A stretch of DNA of 64,000 nt from Amoebidium appalachense. Taxonomy: Eukaryota > Protista > Ichthyosporea. Below the pieces are notes generated by a model that did not search any database, had not been told where the DNA came from, and saw nothing but the letters and a program-made list of their open reading frames with translations. The stretch spans positions 2,780,342 through 2,844,341 of the forward strand of contig CAVNZM010000005.1 in assembly GCA_963693365.1 (NCBI GenBank), written 5' to 3'. Position 1 is the first letter of the stretch. The number at the start of each line of letters is the position of its first letter. Positions 1 to 33,322 of this stretch are shown piece after piece. The translations under genes and the position numbers were made by a program.

Positions 1-381
1 TGAACGCTGAAGTGCAGTGGTTGTGTGGGTGTTTTTTTTTTGTTTTTTATTTTATTTTATTTTATTTTTTTGTCCAAAGGGGGGGGAGGGGAGGGGGGAG
101 GGGGGAAGGGGGGAATGAGGATTGCTTGGGAGATTAAAGAAATCGGGGAGTAGAGATGGTAGTGGTGTCGGTGTGTGTGAGTACCTGTGTGCGTGTGGGT
201 GTGTGTGTGTTGGCGGAGGAAGGGTGTACCAAATGTCAAGCAACCCCCCCTCCCCCTCCCCCTCCCGTCTTCCCTTTCTCTCCTTTAAATTTGTAATCAG
301 TCCTCCCCCCCCCTCCCCCCCCCCCCCCCCCCCCCCGGCTTTCTTTCTTTCTCCTTTTCCTTCTGCTTGTTCGTTGCCCAG

Positions 382-3783
<3,402 letters not shown>

Positions 3784-4292
3784 GGTGTGTAAATTGATCT
3801 CACAAATGTTATACTTGTCCTCTCATTTTACTCCTGCGCTTGTTCCCTTTCCCAAGACTTTTCGAAACCCTCTTTATAGTAGCCGTATTGTCTCCCCCCC
3901 TCCCCCCCCCTATCCCCCCCCACCACCAACAACCACCACTACCAACCACCACCACACCAAGGGGGGGGGGGGGGGGGGGGGGGGGTGCACGTGGGAGTGG
4001 GGAGAGGGCGGGGAGAGAGAGAGGAGGAGGGGGGAAGAGAGAGAGCGAGAGGGGGGAGGGAGAGGGGGAGAGGGGGAGGAGTGAGGGGGAGAGGGTGAGA
4101 AGGGGAGGGGGCGGGGGGAGAGGGAGAGAAGAGGAGAGGGGGGAAGGGGGAGGGGAAGGGGAAGGAAAGGATAGGGGGATTGGATAAGGAGGGACAGAGA
4201 GGGGGAGGGGGAGGGGGAGAAAGAGGGAGAGAGAGGGAGGGGGGAGGGGGGAGGGGGGGAGGGGAGGAGGCAGGGAGGGGGGGGGGGGGGGG

Positions 4293-4395
<103 letters not shown>

Positions 4396-5683
4396 TATGT
4401 GGAGAGAGAGCTGGGGGAAGGGAGGGGGAGGGGGAACAAACACATCAAGCAGTTGCACAAAATATAAAAGACTCCACAATTTTCAAAAACCGAACAAACC
4501 AAAACTCATATACACACTGGCTGTTGTTTGTTCCGTATTCTGATATCATTCTTTCCAAACTCCATAGAACGTTGCGCTTAAGGTCAGCGGCACAAACGGC
4601 AAGTTTCTCTTTGAATACCTCTTGGATACTTCGTTGATACGGCAAGCAGTGTGTAGGAAAAGCGGTATGTAATACTGTCGGGCTATTATCCTAACTCCTC
4701 TAGTTCCCAGGTAGACTTGCAGCATGAAGGCAAAAAACCAGCATGTTTAACTTGTGTATACTATTCGAACAGTGGTATAAGCCCTTCCTAAGTCGGGCAG
4801 AGTGTAGCAAACAAGCAAGTTGTTGGGTGGCGTGGATACGTGTTTTGTAGGTGCAAATGGCAGCAGTGCAGCCCGTGTTGTGTGTCCATTGTCAACTAAA
4901 ATATATGATTGTGTATGCGTAGCCGAGTACGGATGTGTGCAGTGGTATGTACATAATGTATGTAGGAAATGCGTCTTTGGGGACGTACAAATATTTGTAG
5001 CTCGTGCTAAGGTGATTGTAAGCTAGGTCTTCTCTGCCAACCATTATATATAGCTGGTGTGTCCTCCAACCGTTCTATACCTCATATAAACGTTGCAGAG
5101 CTGACTGCACCATAAATAAGGATGCATGTAATTCCTGTGCTCAAATAAAAATACAATGCCACTGGTTTTGTGTTGAGGTTCGTAGAAACAACGGGAACTG
5201 TGGGGTGTTCAGAGCAAGAATAGTGCTTTGACGCCATAGGGAACACCCCATAGTAACTCGAGTTCGTGCGCATGCATTCTTCTTTGGAGAGTGTCTGGAA
5301 GCATGCACTTGTACAGTGACGCCTGAAAAGGTTAAGGAACAAACCTTGTCCAGGGCCCCTGGGGGTTAATCAAGGGACACAGCTTGTTGTGTGACGGTAT
5401 CCAACCTCCCGATGGAGTGGTTGGAGGACGAGGATGGTGTGCAGCTCGACATCAGGGCTCAGGGCTCAGTGCAAATGTGCAGAGAGAGAAAAAAAAAAGA
5501 GGGGGATGTCCTTTGAAATGGCATCATTAGGAGGTAAAGTAAAAAATCTACAGCATGTGTCTTTCTATCAATGCAGTTCCTTCTTCTTTTAACATGAAAG
5601 AAATGCATGCATGCATCAACTTGGCCATGGGTGTGCAGCCTAGACGGTCTTTTTCTTTTCTTTTCGTCTCCTTGACTGTTTGA

Positions 5684-5761
5684 CCTCTGTTGACACTGAC
5701 ATTCCGATTCAGGAAAACTGGACCCTCTGTTGACACTGACAGAGCGATTCAGGAAAACTGG
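5684..5761. repeat. Two-copy tandem duplication with 40-bp period
   Basis: CCTCTGTTGACACTGACA(TTC/GAG)CGATTCAGGAAAACTGG at 5684-5721 and 5724-5761. Confidence 0.9.
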
Positions 5762-6188
5762 GCTTTGAGGAATAGCCTTATCAGGCAAGTGGTATTACCA
5801 TAAAGGGAATTAAACCCGTGGCTCACAGGCTGATTGGCTCCCCACAACAACCGAGAAAGTTTATGATAGGTCTGCGCAGTTTCGAGTTTTAGAGCTTCGT
5901 GAAAAGCTTGACTAGGTAGTTGTTGTTGTTGTGATGTTGCAAGGAAACTTAATTGAATTGTTATATATAAAGCACAGAAGGAGGGTGAGTGAACTACTGA
6001 TTGAAGAAAAACTATGAGAACGGCTCTTCTGATGGTACTCTTGTAACAACAAGTTTTGTGGACAATGACAACATGAAGTAGAACATTTCACATTTCTTTT
6101 TTCTTTTTCTGCCACACTTTTGTGGTGCGCTTTTTCACCACGGTCTCGAGGCACCAGACTCGTATGCAAGGATCACCTCGCATGGAAA

Positions 6189-22152
<15,964 letters not shown>

Positions 22153-24189
22153 AAGTCATGCTTTGAAGTCGCCGACCAGCAAAGATTCATTTATGATGAC
22201 ATGAAAATACACGAGCTGGTATCTTTCTCGTTCCTTAAACTCTCTTCCTGTTCATCTGTCTCTCCCTGTTTGTCTCCTCGTTTCTCTCTCTTCTCGCTCG
22301 CCTTCCTTACCTTCCCCCACCCCCCCCCCCCCCCCCCTCCCCCACTCCCCCCTCCTCCCGGGGGTCGCCTTCCCCTCCCTCCCTCCTTCCCTCCCTCCCT
22401 CCCTCCACCCCTCCTCCTCCGCCTATCGCCATCTTTCCCTCTCTCCGTCCGTATGAAAGCGCTGTGTGTTTTATGCTCTACTCAGAGTATGTTAATGTCT
22501 TACTCACGTTTCTCGTCCCTCTTTTCCCGGCTTTTACCATCCAGGCTGCATCGCTTTTTAGAGTTATAGATATGGTATTGTTCAGATGCATATTTGTCCC
22601 CTTTTTTAATATATATATATTTATGAGTGAATGCTGTATTTACCGATGTGCATTCTGATGACGTTTTAATAATGTGGACGAGCATAGCTAGCCTATAGCC
22701 TATTTGTGTCTTAGAAGAACACAGTGTGATATATGGAATTTGATAACTTGAATGGATACAATTGTTTCGAATGAACCACTCGTGATTACACCTCAATGAG
22801 TTGCAGATTGTACCAACACCTTCCTCCTCTCTTTCTCTTTCCTCCCCCCCCCCCCCCCCCCCCCCCCCCTTCCCCCCCCCCCCCCCCCACACAAACACAC
22901 ACACACCTTTTCCTCTCCCCCGTCACATGAGAGTTTGTCTGTCTATGGTTTTATGATACGTATTATTGTTCCCGCCCCACATGCATGGGGCCATTAAAAG
23001 TCGCCGATCATTTTTTGCTTTATTGCATCAGTTAGTATTCTTTTTTTTGTGTTGTGCGGCCCGTATATGTCGCGATGTCAAGCGGACTAATAGATTGTGT
23101 GCGTGTTTTGAAGGCAATATATGCTTAATGATTTTAAGATTCGTGTATTTGGTTATAACAAACTTTTCCTAGAAACCCTTTTTGGTTTTCCTACGTTGAT
23201 GTAACTCGCGATAAACCATAAAGAAGGAAGGTGAGAGAGCTGAAAATAAACAAGTTAATATAATATAATACTTTAATGTGAAAGGAAAGAGTAACCTCAG
23301 TGCGTGAACGCCCCCGGAGCCAAACCTACCCCCCCCACCCCCACTTCCCCCCTCCCCCACCCACCCACCCACGTACTCACCCGCCCACCTGCCCTCCTAC
23401 CCATCCCACCAACTCTCTATCACAGTATCTGTCATCTGCAGCTGAGCCTCAGCACACACATACATTTCCTGGTCAATATACAATAGGGAATTGATGTTAC
23501 TTCTACTTGATGATCCACACGGATTTGTCAGGTGCTTTACGTAGATTGCGAATGATGGTATATGAATACTTTGCCGCGGGTGATCCCCTCACCTCAGAAG
23601 GTCAAAGAGTGGTTCGGGTTTTGAACACCAGATCTGCAACATGAACGAAGTGAGAGGGGAACTCCCCGGCAGAGAGGGACTCACATTCGGCTGGCCCAAT
23701 CTAGACCTGGTCCAATCATTTAATCCCGATGGGAACAACAGTCTGATTGGTTAATACATTATAATTCCTATTGGCTAAACACGCACTCACACCGTATATC
23801 GTAAATACCAAATTTACCAGCACAGGTCGGAGGTCTTCCCTCGGCCGTACTAGATAGAGTGAGGCTTGCATACACGGCATGCGCAGTGATACTTCATAGC
23901 AATACTTCCCCCCCCCTCCCCCCTCCCCCCCCTCCCCCCCCCCCCCCTCCGCCCCCCCATCCAAAAAAAAAAAAAAAAAAAAAAAAGGAAGAAAGAAAGA
24001 AAAGTTTAAGAAAGAAGGAAGGAAAAACCGGGGCCATCACATGCTTACACTGAGTTCAAGACAAGTGCAAAGCGTAACGGGAAGAGGGGAAAAACAGGTG
24101 AAAAAAGTCAGGAGGAAGGACCGACTTGTGGGGTGGGGTTTCGTACGGGACAGGATGTGTGTGTGTGTTACACGGTGTGCCACAGTACA

Positions 24190-24248
<59 letters not shown>

Positions 24249-24617
24249 ACGCGCGTGTATGCGTGTCTGTGTGCCGGTGTGTACATTTTCGTGTTTTACT
24301 GCTCCACCGTGACGGGTGCACCTGCGCACCTGGTATCATCTTGGTCGTAGCTTCAGATTCTGCTCGAGATTTTTCACGGTACACAGCCATCTCATTTTCA
24401 ATCGGATACGCCATGCATACTACTCATAAGTCATACAACACTAACTAACATTCATGCGAACACACTTCTCTGGTAATTTAGAACCAGCTGGCATAGAATT
24501 ACTGCTACTAAGGCTTACAGCAATCTAATAGGTTAAGCAATCTGCTTACTTACAACATGCAGTACAATCTAAACAACAAGCTGAAACTGCTTGTTTTCAT
24601 ATAATCTCGTGTCCAGA

Positions 24618-26411
24618 TTAGGCCTTTTCTTTGTTATCTGCCATATCTGCCTGGAAAATCATTGCTTCAACCCTTTCCACAACAATACTCGAAACGTTCT
24701 TTTCCACATCACTTGCACCCACAAGCGCACTGCACGTTGTGGTGACATCGGTATCACTGTTGTCATGTGACTCGTCTTGAAGGCGGAGCTTGGAGTTTGA
24801 GAAACCGTAAGAGAAGTAAATGACCAAACCAAACCCAGTCCACACAGCAAGGTTGAGGTATGACTGGTATGCCAGACCCGCCATCAAACACCCGTTGACA
24901 AAAATAGCCACCAATGGCGTGAAGGGCATCAGCGGCGCCTGGAATGTGATTGGTGCAGGGTTTCTGACGGCAAAATACCACAGGTAGACAATCCCGCACA
25001 GAGGAATGAACGAGAAGACGATGCCGGAAATCACACAGGCCCAGATGGGTGCCTCGGAGCGGCGGAGGACCATGAAGAATGCCCACGACCCAATGCCGTA
25101 CCAGGCAATGAGGGCTGTGGGAATCCATGACCGAACAACCCTCTTGGTGGGGTGCTGGGAGGGATCAACAACATTGGGGTCGAAGTGAAGGCGAAGAAGA
25201 AGAACACCGACAGAAACAACGGAGAATGCCATGAAGGTACCGAGGGAGATAGAGTCGGAGAGGAAGTCGAAGGTGAAGAAAAACGCAAGCAGGCCGGCCA
25301 TGATGGTGGTGAAGATGGTGCCTGCAACAGGTACTTGGCGCTTGTTGACGCGGCCAAGGGCAGGGTGGAGGAGACCGTCCTGGGCCATGGCAAGGAAGAT
25401 TCTGGGCTGGCCCAGCATGGAGCAGAGCGCACAGCACGTGAGGGTGGTGACTGAGCCGATGGAGATGAGAGATGCGGCCCACCCGGCACCAACATACTGA
25501 AACACCTGCGAAATCGGCGAATCGGTGTATGCGGGCTGCTGGAGAATCTGGTAGGGGACCATGCCGGTGATGACCAACCCCACGAGGCAGTAGAGGGTGG
25601 TGGCAATGCCGAGGGTGCCAGTCAGAGCGAGAGGGATATCGCGTTGTGGGTTGCGGGCTTCAGCACTCATTCCACTCACAGAGTCAAACCCAACAAAGCT
25701 GAAAAAGGCAATACCCGAACCGACCAAAGTGCCACCAAAGCCCATGGGTGCAAAGGGGGTCCAGTTGTCTGCGTCGACAAACGAAAACCCGTAGCAGATG
25801 ACGAACAGAATGAGCACGACGTTGAAGGTGGTCATTGCGAGGTTAAACTTTGCGGACTCGTTGCACCCGACAAGCAGCACGCACGTGCACGCAAGCACAA
25901 TGAAGAGCGCCAAAGGGTTGATTTGGAACACGCCCACTAGCTTGATGGGTGTCAGGCCAACGGGGAGAGTGGCGCCGAAATTTGCAAACGCCGAAGTCAC
26001 ATACGAAGCCCAGCTGACAGCAATAGTGCCTGCACTCACACCATACTCGAGGCACAGGTTCCACCCAAGGACCCAGGCGCACAACTCACCCAACGAGACA
26101 TATGAATATGCATATGCCGAGCCAGCCACAGGGAGGGCTGCAGCAAATTCTGCGTAGCAAAGACCAGAAAGCAACGCGGCAATGCCGGCAACAAAGAAGG
26201 AAATGCAGACAGAAGGGCCGGCATGGAAGGCGGCGATTTGGCCGGTGGTGACGAAGACGCCTGCACCGACACAGCAGCCAAGGCCGTAGGCAATAAGGTC
26301 CCACACATTGAGACAGCGTTTGAGACCGTTTCCATCCTTCTGCTCATCTGTGAGGTTGATGGATTTGCATGATGAGAACTGGTGTAGTGCTCTCGTAATG
26401 AATGCGGCCAT
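24618..26411 (-). CDS. APC-superfamily cationic amino-acid transporter (CAT/SLC7-like), intronless, copy 1, 597 aa
   Basis: LKRCLNVWDLIAYGLGCCVGAGVFV, AGPSVCISF, LCYAEFAAALPVAGSAYAYSY, FFSFVGFD, EARNPQRDIP, QPRIFLAMAQDGLL, C-terminal FQAPLMPFTP..IYFSYG; many hydrophobic helices. Confidence 0.97.
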   Translation of the reverse strand: MAAFITRALHQFSSCKSINLTDEQKDGNGLKRCLNVWDLIAYGLGCCVGAGVFVTTGQIAAFHAGPSVCISFFVAGIAALLSGLCYAEFAAALPVAGSAYAYSYVSLGELCAWVLGWNLCLEYGVSAGTIAVSWASYVTSAFANFGATLPVGLTPIKLVGVFQINPLALFIVLACTCVLLVGCNESAKFNLAMTTFNVVLILFVICYGFSFVDADNWTPFAPMGFGGTLVGSGIAFFSFVGFDSVSGMSAEARNPQRDIPLALTGTLGIATTLYCLVGLVITGMVPYQILQQPAYTDSPISQVFQYVGAGWAASLISIGSVTTLTCCALCSMLGQPRIFLAMAQDGLLHPALGRVNKRQVPVAGTIFTTIMAGLLAFFFTFDFLSDSISLGTFMAFSVVSVGVLLLRLHFDPNVVDPSQHPTKRVVRSWIPTALIAWYGIGSWAFFMVLRRSEAPIWACVISGIVFSFIPLCGIVYLWYFAVRNPAPITFQAPLMPFTPLVAIFVNGCLMAGLAYQSYLNLAVWTGFGLVIYFSYGFSNSKLRLQDESHDNSDTDVTTTCSALVGASDVEKNVSSIVVERVEAMIFQADMADNKEKA

Positions 26412-26582
26412 TTTGCCTCAATGCACGTGGTGTGCAAAAAAAAAAGCGCACTTCTTAGTAGCTGTAGCTTGAAAGTTTTACACAACGCTTACGCAAACGC
26501 CATCCCAATGTAACACCGACAGATGGCTAAATGGCATGTTCTGTTCCGAGCACTGAATGAATTGAGGGTTGCCCCCACTGCG

Positions 26583-26676
26583 TTTATATACTATTGGATC
26601 TCAAGAGTCTAATCTGATTGGCAGAAGCCTTCGTTTATGCTTGATTGGTTGCTTTTTTTAGTCCGAATGCAATTGG
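26583..26676 (-). promoter_or_regulatory. TATA box plus four CCAAT boxes upstream of transporter copy 1
   Basis: Plus-strand TTTATA 26583-26588 and ATTGG at 26593, 26617, 26644, 26672; the same arrangement is kept upstream of copy 2. Confidence 0.7.
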
Positions 26677-27474
26677 TCGATTATCCTGCAAGTGCAGCAA
26701 GAATATAAACAAAACGGCTGATGACGTCACGGAGTCCATGCGCTGCAGCGGCCAGCCGCTCACTGAAGAACATTCAACTTGGTGTGGAGCGTGGGCGCCA
26801 GTAGCAAGCTTCCGTGAATGCAGCACATGGTAAAACTACGACACCATGTAGTTGCCACGACTAGGACGAAAAAGCCCGAGCGGACCAACATTTACCCCCC
26901 CCCCCCTTTTCTCTCTCTCTCCCTGTCCCTCTGCAATTGCGGATTTCCATTTCCTCTTTCTAGAACAAGATCAGATAGATCTGTCTCCTCTCTCGTTCTC
27001 CCTCCCTCCTTGCCGTATCATCACCATTAAAATATTTCCCTCTCTTCGTTCCTCCCTCCTAGCCTCACTCTCTCCCCAGATCCTCCCTCTCCTATGATGA
27101 TTCCCTCTTTCCCTTCACAGTCCGTATCCCTCTTTCGCTCCTCCTCCCTGTCTGATAGCGCAATATGTTTTATTTTCCTCATATCTTTTACCCCTCTCTC
27201 CCCTCCCCGCATCATCCAGAGTGTATGAGTTCTAATATAATAAGCCACTTGCTGCTGAAATGCATGTAACAGGATGGCACCAATCAAAGCAGCCATTATG
27301 TGCAAATGCTAATTAGTATCGATGTACCTCACGTGACCTGAATGAGGCTAACGAATATTCTACTATCTGTGATTTTTACAGAACACTGTGTGCTACATAC
27401 GGTGTTTGTCATGGTGAATGGATGCACTTGTGCATACTGTCATTCAGAAGTTGCAGTTTTTGTACCAGGTCGTC

Positions 27475-27535
<61 letters not shown>

Positions 27536-27905
27536 CCCTCGCCCTCCCCCCCCCCCCCTCCCCCTCCCCCCCCTCCCCCCCTCCCTCCCTCCCTCCCTCC
27601 CTTCCCTTCCTTTCTCCGTCCCTTCCACCCCTCCCCCCCCCCCCCCCTCCCTCCTTCCCTCCCTCCCTTCCTCCCTCCCTCCCTCCCTCCCTCCCTCCCT
27701 CCCTCTCTCCCTCCCTCCCCCCCCCCTCCCCCCCCTTTCTCTCTCCCTCGTCTCCCCGTTCCCTCCCCCCCCCCCCCCCCCTCCCCCCCCCCCCCTTCCC
27801 CCTCAACGGGGCCCCTCTCCCCCTTCCACAACCACCCACACCCACCCAACCACCCAGTCACCCAGTCACCAACCCACACACACACACACTCGCCGCGCGC
27901 GCGCG

Positions 27906-27941
<36 letters not shown>

Positions 27942-28143
27942 TCACACACACGAACACGAACATAATACAAAAACATACGAACAGACACATACGTACACAC
28001 AGACGCACACACACACACAAACGCATACATGCACTCACACACACGCACACTTGCATACACACACACTGACACACACACACACACACACACACACCACAAG
28101 CACATACAAACACACATACACACACGCGCGCACCAATGAATAC

Positions 28144-28256
<113 letters not shown>

Positions 28257-28407
28257 CATGCGTGCACGCACACGCGCGTGCACACACACACAAACACACA
28301 CATAATACAAAAACCCACACACGCACAAGTACGCACATACGTACACACACACAAATGTACACACCCACTCACGCACACACGCACACTTGTGCGCGCACAC
28401 TTGCGCG

Positions 28408-28547
<140 letters not shown>

Positions 28548-28591
28548 CACACGCACATGCACGCGCGCACACACACGCGCGCACACACACA

Positions 28592-28696
<105 letters not shown>

Positions 28697-28744
28697 TTTT
28701 GTTCCCCCCTCACCAAAGTAGAGGTTACCGTAGTGGGCTGGTAT

Positions 28745-29647
28745 GGGGGGCGGGTTGGTGCAATGGTAAGATCTCTGCGTGTCAAGCTCAAAGTCGCAGG
28801 ATCGATCCTGGTTACTTCCGATTTTTTCTGCCTCGACGGTCCACCGGTCTGGCCGCCCCCTAGAAGCCATCACCCCAGACCACGTCACAAAGCCAGCACC
28901 ACCAATTTGTTATCACCCGGCCGTAAGACATGACGTCATGAACAGCACCGGCCCTCTGACGTCGACGGCGCGCCGCTTGGGCATCCCGGCCCAACGTTCA
29001 AGTGGGAGACCAATCCGAGTCACCGGCCACGGTTCGGGTCAGCGTCCTGGGCATGGGGTCTTCCCTTTCAAGTCTTTATGTTTGTGTATGTGTCCCGGGT
29101 CGCTCCCGGCTGGTGTTGTTAAAGTGAGCTGTGCTAATTTCCCCACTAGCGTTGCTGCGGCTAGAACCGTGGGATAAGGCGTAACTAAAAATAGTGCCAG
29201 TTGGGGTCAATTAGAATCCTGACTTATGAGTGTGCTATACAGTGGACCTGTGTGATCAGCCCGCTGCCCGGGCCAGATGTCGATGGGCCCGGCGGCGCCT
29301 CCGCCCAGCCTGTCGGCAGGACAGATGCGTGAGCCACGGGCCGGTTAAGCGCGCCAAAACTTTTAGCCAATCAGCGTTAACTGGCGACGAGCCCTGACGG
29401 GATGGAAATCGACACCTCATTTTATGGCCGACAGGCTCGTCGGGGTGGCGATGGGCCCGGCCAGGTCTAATCACACAGATCGTTGAACTGATACGAGGAA
29501 TTTGACCGCATACCAACGGCCGACGAGCCCCCGGCGGCGAGCCGATCACACAGGTCCAGTACGATCTGTGTCTAGGCGGAAGACGGTAAGCTCCCCTGAG
29601 GCAGTGCCTCGCCGGGAGTGAAACGGGATAAAATAAAAAATAAAAAA
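28745..29647 (+). mobile_element. Full-length tRNA-derived SINE, about 900 bp, with 15-bp target-site duplication
   Basis: TSD GTAGTGGGCTGGTAT at 28730-28744 and 29648-29662. The 5' head has A-box-like TGGTGCAATGG and B-box-like GGATCGATCC; A-rich tail ATAAAATAAAAAATAAAAAA. Confidence 0.88.
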
Positions 29648-30807
29648 GTAGTGGGCTGGTATTGTTTTTATGATACCAGGGTGTTTCCGAAGTTGCCACA
29701 AGGGAAGACAAAAAAGAGAATTCGTTGGCTTTGTTTCATTAATCAGCCCCTTTTTGTGCACCCAAAAAATCGAAAAATGTCAGCCGGTTTACCTTTAGAT
29801 GGTGTGCATGTTTTGAAGATTTAGAGCCCCAATCTGTGGTTAAACATTCTTGACTCAAATATGTAACTATCAAGGCAGGAATGAAAGACTTGGAAGTGAT
29901 TTCGATTCAGCGACCGTTAAAGGAGACTAATACGAGCCCCCCCCCCCCCCCCCCCCATTCGGCTCCCTCTGCTGTCTCCCCCCCCCCCCGCCCCCCCTGC
30001 CCCTCTACCTCTATTCGCCTCAGAGACCTCCCCTTGTGCCTCCGCGTGTTTATGTTAGAACAAATACCACCGTCGGCCTCCCTTATCGAACCAAGAGTTA
30101 CTTTTTCTGTCTACATCATTGTGGGCATGACACATGTCACTGCCTTTTCGAATACGATTGTAATACTAATACGTCTGGTTGGGCCGAGCAATATCTAGCA
30201 CGGCGTAGTGCCACGAGTTGTATTCTTAGAAAATGCGTTCAGCATGACAAGTCTCTCTGTTTGGCGTAATGCCCAGTTACTCAGGGCTTTGAGGCTCTTG
30301 AAAAATCCACCCACAAACCCTATTGTTAGCACTCCCCTGTACGTTTGCTTTTATGATCGTTTGTGCTTCTTCTTCCGCCTTCTTCCTATTTTTGGCTGGT
30401 AACACCCAGCCAGGAGCCCCACCATACCAACCCTACCTGACTGTGTCAGTCTGAATTAAAACAACTTACATTATTGACGTTGGAATAAATATTGAAGGCC
30501 GTAACTTGGATGCGATTAAGAGCCCACTGAAGGGGGCATGATTTATTTTACTGTGTACGAAATATGATGAACCTTAAAGAAGAGAGAATTGGAGAGAAGG
30601 CCATGTAAGCAGCTATGTACCAGTAGATGTCTTGGGTGAAGGCAAGGCCGGTTCCGGGATTTTCTGCTAATAACCCAGAGGAAATCCCCCCCCCCCCCCC
30701 CTTCCCCCCGGTCACCCCCCCAACTCCGGCGTCCACTGAGTTGGCCACCCCATCCCCAACCGCATCTCCCTCCACGTCACCATTTCCCCACCTTTCCTTC
30801 CCTCTCC

Positions 30808-30851
30808 CTCCTCCTCCTCCCCTCCCCTACACAAACACACACATCATCAAC

Positions 30852-30921
<70 letters not shown>

Positions 30922-31166
30922 GGTGACAACAATAGCCCTACGTGTACATACTCTACTACGATGGTAACTGAGGTGGGCAGGAAGAGAGAGGTGAGCTCGA
31001 TTTGGGGGAGGGAGGTGCCAGTGGGTTGATGGGTGGGTTGGGTGTGTGTGTGGGGGGGGGGGAGGGGGGGGGGGGGGGGGTTAAGGGAGGAGGGGGAGGG
31101 GGCGGGGGGAAGGGACCTCCTCCTCCTCCCCCTCCCCTACACAAACACACACATCATCAACTTACA

Positions 31167-31235
<69 letters not shown>

Positions 31236-31420
31236 GGTGACAACAATAGCCCTACGTGTACATACTCTACTACGATGGTAACTGAGGTGGGCAGGAAGAG
31301 AGAGGTGAGCTCGATTTGGGGGAGGGAGGTGCCAGTGGGTTGATTGGTGGGTTGGGTGTGTGTGTGGGGGGGGGGAGGGGGGGGGTTAAGGGAGAAGGGG
31401 GAGGGGGGCGGGGGGGAAGT
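30808..31420. repeat. Near-identical two-copy tandem duplication of about 310 bp
   Basis: CCCCTACACAAACACACACATCATCAACTT(AC)n AAGGTGACAACAATAGCCCTACG...GGTGCCAGTGGGTTGAT occurs at about 30.82-31.03 kb and 31.13-31.34 kb. Confidence 0.9.
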
Positions 31421-31893
31421 GGGGGGGGAAGGGAGTGGGGGGGGGGGGGTGGGGAGGGGGAGGGGGGGGGGGAGGAGAGGAGGGAATAGTGAGCCTTTGT
31501 GACTGCTTGTGCATGTCCAATAATGTGAGTGGTTTGCTGCAACAATTTAAGTGTTGGAATATGAGGGAGAAGCATTGTTACTCTACGCACGCATACGGGT
31601 GAGGGTTAGAGGGAGGAGGGTGTGTGTGTGGGGGGGGCAAGGAGCGGGAGGGGGGGGGATTAGGAGGAGGCTGGTGGTGTGTGTGATTTTGAAAGTGTGG
31701 TGGAGTGGCGAAGGGGAAGGGGAAAGGGGGAGTCAGGCATTACTAGCCTAGAGTGAGGATCATTTTTGAAGGTGTGGTGATGGGAAGTCAGAGAGTGGGG
31801 GGCACGGATTACTCGAGCAGGTGTAAATTATTTTCTCTACTAGACTGCCCCCCCCCCCCCCCCACCTCAAAACAGAGAGGGGGGGGGGGGGGG

Positions 31894-31971
<78 letters not shown>

Positions 31972-32199
31972 AAAGAGAGGGAGAGGGGGGGGAGAGAGAG
32001 AGGGGGGGGAGGAGGGAGAGAGCGAGAAGGGGGGGGAGAGAGAGAGAGAGAGGGGGGGGGGGGGAGGGAGGGGGGGGGAAAGCGAGAAAGAGAGAGAGGG
32101 GGGTGGGGAGAGAGAGAGAGAGAAAGAGAGGGGGGGGGGGGGGAGGGAGGGAGGGAGGGAGGGATGGAGGGAGGGAGGGAGGGAGGGGGAGGGGGGGGG

Positions 32200-32418
<219 letters not shown>

Positions 32419-32713
32419 GAGAGGGAAAGAAGAATGAGAGATAGGAGAGAGAAAGGACCGGAGAATGAGAGAGAAAGGAAAAAAGGAAAAATATATAAAA
32501 GGAAAGACTGAAAGAAAGAAACGGTATAATTACACGTCTCTTAGACTGAGTGCAAAAAAAAAGGCACAATGTAAAGCGGGGAGTGACGCAACTGTCAGAT
32601 GGAAAGCTGGAGCGAGGATGAACCGATTTTTGCGCCGAGGGTACAGGAAGGGTGTGTGTGCAGATGTCCGTTGTTGTGCATGTGTGACCACCATGTATGT
32701 GTGTGTGTGTCAC

Positions 32714-32825
<112 letters not shown>

Positions 32826-32879
32826 CATTAGGCATTTTGTTCTGATAACTCCAAGTCTGTACTCACACATCTCGTGCAT

Positions 32880-32938
<59 letters not shown>

Positions 32939-33322
32939 TGTGTCTGTGTGTGTCTGTGTGTGTGTATGCAAGGCATGTTGTTTTTGATAACTGTCCACGT
33001 CTGTGCTCACACAGCTTGTGTATCCGTGGCTTTAGCGAAGTTCAGCTTTTGCTTGAGATTTATTTCTGAATTTCCCTCAATCGCGACTCACAGCAGTCTT
33101 GATTTTCAATCGCATATATACACCTTGCATACCACTAATAATCATTCACAAACTAGTGCTAACATTCATGCGAATTAAGTAACTTCTCTGGTAATTTAGA
33201 ACCAGCTAGCATAGAATCACTGCTACTTACAGCATTCTAATAGATTAAGCAATCCTGCTTACTTACAATTAAACCTTTAACAACAAACCGCTGTTGTTCC
33301 TCAGATAAATCTCGTATCCAGA

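Noticed and set aside
22655-22700. Hammerhead ribozyme core CTGATGA
   Set aside because: No matching GAAA and flanking stems found.
28745-28820. Functional tRNA gene
   Set aside because: A/B-box-like motifs are present, but acceptor and anticodon stems do not pair well, and it forms the head of a TSD-flanked SINE.
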